The notes under the pieces: generated by a model
The model's database searches: none
Told to the model about the DNA's origin: nothing
What the model saw: the letters and a program-made list of their open reading frames with translations, nothing else
Shown: positions 52,601-61,600 of the stretch, piece by piece
Layout: each line of letters opens with the position of its first letter
Position numbering within the stretch: position 1 is the first letter of the stretch
Origin: Phoronis australis
Taxonomy: Eukaryota; Animalia; Phoronida
NCBI GenBank assembly: GCA_002633005.1
Contig: NMRA01000568.1
Coordinates: 62,001 to 126,000 of the forward strand
DNA length: 64,000 bases
Reading direction: 5' to 3'
Translations under genes and position numbers: made by a program

Positions 52601-55600
52601 GTATGTAAGTTTGACTTAGCAGATTTTAATTTTTGTGTAGACTTTTTGTTTTTTTTTTCTGTTGCCGAGTCACGTACCTTGTCTCTGTGATATCACATTC
52701 AATCAGCGTCTTTACGAGCAAATATAATTGTTTATTACTCGCTACTCCTGAAGATTTTTCTTTTGAAATGCACGTAATGCAACGCTAATCGATTTCCTGG
52801 TTTATTTTCAGATTCAAAATGACAAGGAAAAACCTCGAGTTGGGAGATGTGCTACATTTGTTAGATGGAGATGAGAGTGAATTGGAGGGCTTAGTTAGTG
52901 ATGATGATGATGATGATGATGATGAAGATGACTTCATTCCCCAGCAACTTGGTGGCGATGATGAAACTTCTGATAGTGACGATGAACCACTAGCCCATTT
53001 TATTAACCAGCCTGCTCCCAGCACTAGTGAACAACCAACTAAAAAGCAGCTTTTCAAGTGGCGGAACAAGACGTTCGAACCTGGTGATGTTACATTCTCA
53101 GGTTCAAGTCATGATGCACCCCTTGATGGAGAGGTTCTATCGCCGTATAGATACTTCCAACAGTTCATAACTGTTGAAATGATTGATGCTTTGACAGAAA
53201 GTAGCAACATTTACACCATGCAGAAAAAGGGTGTTCCTAGTAATATATCTACAAAAGAGATGGAACAGGCTATAGGGATGTACTTACGCATGGGAATTGT
53301 TAAAATGCCAGGCAATCGAACTTATTGGGAGACAGAAACCAGATATCCACCCGTTGCTGATGTAATGTCACGGAACAAGTTCCAGGACATTCTTTCGTCA
53401 ATCCATTTTGCAAATAACCTGTTAGTAACTGATGAAGAAAAGAAAAACAAGTTGTGGAAGGTGAAACCGTGGTTGGACAGGTTTCGCGAAAACTGCCTCA
53501 AACTTACTCCTGACGAGCACAATTCAATAGATGAGATGATGGTGAAATTTAATGGGAAGTTTAGTGGTATAAAACAATATGTCCGTGGCAAACCACATCC
53601 TTGGGGCTTCAAAATCTGGGCTAGAACATCAGTCAGTGGACTTCTGTATGATTTTGAAGTTTACCAAGGCAGTCAGCGCACGTTTAAATCTGAGCTGGGC
53701 CTGTGTGCGGATGTTGTTTTGAATTTGTCAGCAACTTTGCCATCTCACAAGAACTACAAAATAATTGCGGACAACTTCTTTTCTGGTATCGAGCTGGTTA
53801 ACAAGCTACATGAACGTGGAATACAGTACCTGGGTACTATACGAACCAATCGTATCCAAGGGTGCAGCCTCAAAAGTGAAAAGGAAATGAAAAAACAAGG
53901 AAGAGGTTCCTATGAAGAAAAAGTCGAGGTCAACGAAAACATCTGCGTTGTGCACTGGTATGACAACAAGCCAGTAACTGTCATTTCATCTTTTGTTGGT
54001 GCTAATCCTACTGATATTGTCAGAAGATGGGACAAGAGCTCTAAGTCACATGTCCAAATCCCAAGGCCATTTTGTGTCAGTCAGTACAATAAATTTATGG
54101 GTGGTGTCGACCTGTTGGATGCTCTGTCAGCAAAGTACAAGTACGGCATCACGTCCAGAAGGTGGTACCTGTACCTATTTTGGCACACTATATCCGTTGC
54201 TGTCGTAAATGCTTGGCTATTGTACCAAAAGGAATTTCGTGCTCTTCAAAAGCCCGAAGGGGACCTCATGAAGCTGAGAATGTTCCAGGCCCAGATTGCA
54301 ACTTCACTGATCATGTGCAAAGCTCCCAAGCGAGGCCGGCCATCGTTGGATGAGGTTAAATTGCCAAAACCTGCACTACCAAAGAAGGCAAGAAAGGCAG
54401 CACTTCCACGTGAGGTTAGATGCGATGGTGTTGGTCACTGGCCCATAAAAGTTGCGAAAAGAGGTCGTTGCAAGTACTGTGCTGACGGCTTTACTGGAAT
54501 CGCATGCGAGAAATGTGAACTTCATCTGTGCTTTACTTCACAAAAAAACTGTTTCCGTCTCTATCATATTTAGTTACCACAACTAAACTGTATGTTTAGA
54601 TGCAGCAATGTGAATTACTGGCCCGTAGGGGCAACCGAGGACTGAGGTCTTGGAACACGTGTTGACTGCATTACAGAAATGAGACAAGGGTGAAATTTCA
54701 TATGCACCAAACAAAATGTTTACTAATACACCAAACTTAGTTTTTGCTGATAATTAGGGTAATTGTCATAAATAAAGTGTTCCATCTGATGTTGTTTTGT
54801 AGTGATTTTCACAAACAAATGTCTAGCTAAATATAGGACATTTGCTACCATCAGCTCCCACTGTTGCAAAATTGCAACATTGTATAAAACGAGGTCATTG
54901 AGTGCAAAATTTCTTTTAACGCTTTTCTCATCATCTAGTGATCTATCTTCAAGTATTATTGAACTCAAAAAAATTTTTAAGAAAATTTTTGAATATCTGG
55001 GCCTTCTGGGGTAAGGAAAGATAAGGCTTCGAAGCTTTATGCAACACCAGACTGAGGGAGGTGCACGCAGATTTTATTTGGATTTTGGACGGTTGAAGTT
55101 GGGAGCCTCGGCTTGGCAAAGTTTAAGTGTCCAACCTTTATGTTTTCTTATATATATTATTGAGTGACGTCATTTGCGACCGAGGAACAGATAAACCCAA
55201 GCGCCTCTGTCTCTATTAGTGTTTTGCAGACGATAAAATGTAAGTCGTATGGGTTTTCACTTTGCACTACTTTGTGATTTGCCCATGTATTATCAAAAAT
55301 TACGTAGTCCGTGTTTTTAACCAGTCGTGTCGTAACAAACTCAAATTCTTGTGAGAAAAGAGTGTACTAGCCTGATTTCACAGTCACTGGCCTGTGCTAT
55401 ACGAACCTGGCCACTTTGAATTCCCGAAATTTTGTAGTAGTGTTCTTTAAACTCGTCCAACCAGACTTCGACAACTCTCAGTTTATTCTTTGCAAGGAAT
55501 GTAGAACCATCGCCCCTGCTTAAATATGGTGGGTGACTTCTAAATATATGGCCAACGTTAGAACACGGCACCTTGACTAGGCTTCCGCCGCACATCCAAA

Positions 55601-58600
55601 CCTATAGTGGAAAGTCTAAAATCTCTTTCTGGTTGCATGTACATGTAACTCTCAATCATTCGCGGTATGTGATATGACTTTGTTCGAGAGATGATTTGTT
55701 TGAACAAACTTCAGTTCCACGCTTGCCATGTTGCGTTGGTCAGGTTGGTGGGAACTAACTGAGTACCGCTGTGGTTGTTATTCAATTTATAACGGTAGTT
55801 CCTTCGGTAACGGCATCATTTGTCGTTGTCCATATGAGAAAAGTTGGAAGAAGCGGTCAGTTTTGTTAGCAGACGACCGTCACTTAACATTATCATTTTC
55901 AAAGGCTAAAGAGACCATGGTGTGGTGAACGGCAGCTAAGAAACTTCAATCCTTTCAAAGTTGCACTTCGCACTGTTTATTTGGATAAAAAACAAAAGTC
56001 GAAATAAAGCCTTTTACGCTCATCAAATGGATCTCACGGTATTCCTTATCGTGATGAATGCGCCATTTTCATTTCTGAGGTTGACCAATTCCAGTAATAT
56101 CTGAAGCGTTTTCTTGAAGCGTTGGTGGGTTCAGACGTTCTTGTTGCTAACGGAAATACAATTCTACCACGGTAAGGAATAATATGAGACCGGTTAAGGA
56201 GAGTAGGAGGCCTAACTCAATTTGCGTATTTAGTCAACTGAACAGGGTGATATGTAAGTGCTCAATTTGACACGCTATTTCTTCCCTTCTCAATATTTGA
56301 ACATGAAAATACTAAATATGACAGATTAACTTGAACAAAATGGCCACACAATTCTTTTCCATCATGTCGAAAGAAATTGAGTTGACATGAATCGGACACA
56401 TTTTGTATCGTTTCGTGGCCAGATCTCCCAGTTTGATGATTTTTTGGCAATCTCACTTGCGTATATATTATAATCAGTTTGCGGATGGAAATACTTTTTA
56501 TAGTTTGGAAAAGTTTGAGATATATCGGTCGGTTGGGTAAGATGGTTTGCAGTTAGGATTTAAGATAATGAGCAAGTCGGAAAAGAAGCGTTTCTTTAAG
56601 CAATTACCCTCAGTGAGAGCTCCACGTTCTCAGCACCCCAAGTGTCCATTCCTTCATCATATGCACCGATATGGAAGAAAAATTCACGATTGATAGAAAA
56701 AAGCCCACCGGCCATGGCTGGAGATCTGAAAACACAAGAGAGGCAATTTCTGAGATGTTTACATTTATTTTCCACCGTGGATAGTGGTCATGGCTTGTAG
56801 GACGTTCATGTGTCCAAGTTACTTTCAAGAAACAAAACGAACGTTTTCTTAGCCTACAAAAATAAAATGAATCTAGATTTAACGAATATTTAATGTAAAT
56901 GTGACATGCGCGAATTGTCTCATTTCATGCAATAAGAGAGGCAGACGAGAATAGGTGTCCTATGTAGTTTTACTCATGCGCGCTCTCATTACTTCACCGG
57001 TCCTATGTATCCATCTTTTTGTCGTCTCTTTTGTTCTTTAATAGACACTGCAATCCAGTTAAAGTCCAGGAACCAATCAAATCCACCCACAAGGATATTT
57101 TTAACGTGGCTATACTCCAGGTTTAATGTGTTGCCGTTGATACTGCCAATGACTGGTGTGACGCATCTAGTTGGATCACGCCGAATCTCGTCCAGGAGAG
57201 GTTCTAACCAACCTATACACAATTGGTGAGAAAGAAATTGAGGACAGTTAAGAAACAGGACTACTCAAAATCTATTCAGGATGAGGACACCAGTTTCTGC
57301 CAACCACATGAACAAGAGACACTTTTTGTTCTTCGTTGTTGCCTTTTTATTTCTACCAGTCAAAATGGCTATCCGACGCAGACGATCAGAAGTGGTCTTT
57401 TGTGACGTAACCACTGTACACAATATTTACACATACGATGCAACAAGTAGAAAGATCGTAGAACACAATTTAGCCTAACTTTGGAAAAAACGTTACCGGT
57501 GGAAAGTTACAATATCTAGCGAGGTACAAATTAATGCGTGTGCACTGTGCATTGAACATATTCAAGTACAGTCCGTTCGCAATATTTGCTGACCATTGCA
57601 TATTTTCAACAGTTATACCTGACCAGGCATGCGTTCCGTAGAATGTCGTGAAAACGCAAGAACACTCTAAACTTTGCGAGATGTCGACATTTGTCGTAAG
57701 CAAATCACGTGATCGCAGTAGCTTCCTTGGCGTCTTCGGAACAGTAACCAGGGTAGAGTTTCTCGAAGTCCTGTGTGTTCGCGAGTTTCTCGCCTCTACA
57801 GAACGCACGCCTGGTATCGTCATGAACTCGTCGCAAATTCAGACATGACTCCCTTTGACACCAGGAGCCCGCTGAGTGTCTCGCTATGGTTATGTAGGCT
57901 CACTGGCTTAGCCAGATATCCACAAAACCGCAGATTTTAACTCGGTAAAAATATGTTTTTCTGACAATAGAAAGCCTGTAGCATTTGAGTTTTGAGCTTT
58001 TACCGGTGTGCCATTAACTGGATCGCATGACCATGCATTTTAGTGAAACTTGGCAAAAAGGAAAGTTACGTCAATCGGAAAACAACGGCGCCAATAACAT
58101 AACCAAAGTACACTGATATAAACGTTCAAGATGAGATTTCAAAAATGCTGTTAGTTTTCTAAATTGTCAGCTCGTTTCGATTCTGCAACATTTCAGACTT
58201 TGTATAAAAAACACTCATACATGTATGTCCTATTTTCATAGCCCCTCAAGAAAAAGTGTAATATTTCAAAATTAATTGATAACTGGGTTTTGGAGAACAG
58301 TACGTAAAATATAATATCTGAAAGTCTCCTATGACTCCGATACGATGTTCAACCAACACAATCTTGGAACAGTTAAAGGGGCATTTCTTCCCTGTTTACC
58401 TATCAATGTTGAAGTCTTGATCGATTATCTCTTTGGGGTTTGAAAATATTACCAGGCTCATTCGATCTTTAATTATTGCCGAATGAGTCATTTTCATGGT
58501 TGGCCATCTACAATATAATATGAATTATTTTTTTTTTGAGTAGCTGGTGGTTTCGACGTTCTTGATGGTATCGGAAATAAAATCCTGTCACAGTAAGGAA

Positions 58601-61600
58601 TGTTATGAAACCTATTTGATTAGAGTAAAAATAACGTAATTCCATTTTCTTTTTCCATCATCTAAATAGCTAGGGCGAAATGCAGCTTTAAATGAAATTA
58701 ATTTGCATACAACATGAGGTCAAGGGGTTTGGATGTTCAAGTGGCGGGTGGCTTCTATTGTACTATTGAGGAATGCGAGTTTCTGAGAAGGTCACTTGAA
58801 CAAGACAACAGAAAACTCTTCTTTTAAAATCAAGATCTTCTACGTAACAACAGTGAGAGTAGGCTATTTTGGTTGACAAATCCGCCAGACGGCAGCCACT
58901 ACGTGTGGAGAATGCTGTCGTCTGACTCACTAAGCCTACCTGGCGTGCATTCACAGTGCGAGTCCAAGAATGTCAGCACAGTTCCCGTGGCTGCTCTCGC
59001 TCCTAATACTCGAGCCCTTATCAAACCCTCCCTCCGTTGAGTGCGAATTATTTTTACAATTCCAAGTTTGCTCATGTACTCGTCCAGTGGTGCACCAAGA
59101 TGACCTGTTGATCGAAAGGAAAAATACCAGGTAATATCGATGACGTTGCTCGCACGAGTTGATGTTAGGCCCGTAAGAAGGCAAAAATCATTGGGGGCAC
59201 AGTTCAATTCGACATCCCCTAATTAACCTACCCTCCCCTTTCTATAGCCGCCACCTCCACCCCCAACCCCTCTCCTCCCCGTTCTCCCAAACTTTTACAG
59301 CAAATGGGTGAAGGGTCCGCGCAATGACGGTAGCTGGGAGCTGCCTCAAGTAACTGTAGCTGAGATATAACAGTATGAAAGTACGAAATTCGATGAGCTA
59401 TGCTGCTCGATGATCAGCTCACTGAGCTATGATTCACTTGAAACAGGCGGCTTAGATCGTACCTATCTGTCTGCACTGGCTCTAAGGTCGTTTTATTTTG
59501 ATCAAGTCTCGGGAAAAGTTCATTTATTATTGTCTTTGTTTGAAGAAATTCTTTGACGAGGTGAGGTCCCGAGGTCCATGGTAGAGTGCCTTTGGGGCTA
59601 TGTCAAACTGAAATCCGTTGTTGAAACACGGCCGGTAGTGTGTCCCAAAATGTGTACATTTCAACGCTTGGAGTTCAGATTCAATTCACGTGGATCACTG
59701 AGTTTCTGTGCGGGTCTACTGCACGGTTTGACCATATTTTTAACGTCCATGCGTCAGTCACGAGGTGCTCCGTCTGTGTAGTATGCACGGGAATGCCAAG
59801 CAAAAAATTCAGTTTTGAAGAACAAAAAATCATTGCGCAATACAGCTGGAAACTAAAAACATTAAGGAAGTGCAAAGACAACCTTTCCAAGTTAATGAGC
59901 CATGAGCTTAATATGGTTTATTTAATGATTGAAAGTTCTTTTTCGATCTACGGTTTGTAGCCTCGAAAGTCTTTTCGACATGTGCAAATTCCTTACAAAC
60001 AACTTCTTGTAGCCATCTTTATATGAAATGCTATTCTTGTGATACTATGGGAAAAGGTAACATTATTTTATAAATAATCATTGGAAGCAGTCCTTTCTGT
60101 GTAATTCACAAACAGCGGTCTTCGCGGTCTTCAAAATTCCACCTTTCCGATGGCGGTCAAAGCTATTGATATTTTCAAATTTGTTTGGTTGTTTTGTTCG
60201 TCTTGATACTGATGTGCTATGCACGAATGTTTTGCGGTTTTTTTCAATGAATTTGGAGTCTCAATTTCCCCTCGTGAATACTTGGCAATGTCAGACTTAT
60301 ATCTATGGAGTGACAAAAGGATAATTCCCCAGAACCGTCCCGCCGAGAGAGGATCCCGTCTGAAAGGCTGAACACCATTAAGCTTGGAAAAGCGTGTGAC
60401 GCTGCAAGGGTGATATTTCTCAACATGAAACCGGTTGTACGATTTCAAAAAAGCTGGATAATAAAGGTAATTGATTCCACCATTCGGCCATCTCTCTGTG
60501 AGCTGCCCCTTTAAGAATTTGTCAATAAAAACACGAAGTGCTGACAATTTGAATGTCACTAACTTCCCCTTCAAGGGATACTAGACCCTTAAATATGAAA
60601 AGATCTATATTTTCAAAAAGGAGGAAATGCGCAGCTGTTGATATTATCAGTCAAGTCATCATTCCTTCTCAAGTAATGTACAGTTTTGAAAAAACGAAAA
60701 ATAGAGTGACGGTTGTCTCCGTTATCAATTGCCAAAGAGGGGTCTTGGAAAAATGCAGTTTGGCAGCAGAATTGTCTCATTGTTTATTGTGAATACACTC
60801 AGCAGAAGCTTTGTATTACAAATGTTTCGAAATACATGTGTGAACGATTAATTCAGTGTGCGTTTTCAACTTCGTTTAGACAACCTTTGGTGCTGCAAAT
60901 CAGGGAAACCCTAACAACAATGTCCTGGGCAGGGCCCTCAAAGGTGTCAAATGTTCTCTTGAATTATTTCTCATCTGCGTGTTCCGCAGTCTTTCTTTTG
61001 TCGACTGTTCCCATCCCCTTGCCTATGTTGGTTGCCATGGTACCCTGACGCCTACATGACTAATCAAACCTATATGCCATTGCCTTTTATCAACGTAGTC
61101 TCAAAACACGTATTTTGAAACACCGCGATGGCGTGTACCTTTTGACAGGCACTATTTTTTTCGCTAACAAAACATGTTGAGTTATAATAAAAACAGTTTC
61201 ATTATGCATATCAAGTCATATCAAGTCATATCAGCTTTGAAATGAGCTGTAGTATAATACAAAATATGACAATGAGCGATATTTATGTAGCAAGTTAGGT
61301 TTTGACCACTGTAAAATGGATGCATTTGAATTAAAAAACACGGTAATTTCTATGGTGCTTTCGAAAAAACAATTGACAATGCGTACGCGAACACCTTTCA
61401 TTTCAAACAATAACCAAAAAAGTGTCTGCTTCAGAAACATGAATGGTAGCAACAACAACGCCTGCAAAAATAGTTAAAATCTGCCTTTGGATCCGATTTA
61501 CTTTCTAGAAAAAATCCTCAAATTCATCACCTCGAAGACGTAAGAACAACCTATTTTCAAGAAATGGTATTTAAAAATTCCGCAGTATTACAAGTGTTTG

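Larger units (their letters stand above)
50843..55209. mobile_element. P-like non-autonomous DNA element, copy B (about 1.14 kb host), containing the piggyBac
   Basis: 84-bp TIRs starting CACAGGCGCTTGGG; 8-bp TSD TCTCTATT (50835-42 and 55210-17). CANRG termini plus an 8-bp TSD suggest the P superfamily. Confidence 0.88.

Noticed and set aside
52795-54573. GALNT-piggyBac fusion protein like CSB-PGBD3
   Set aside because: The transposase is on the opposite strand to GALNT.
60131-60574. 147-aa minus-strand ORF in a GALNT intron
   Set aside because: No recognisable motifs and not needed for the GALNT frame.
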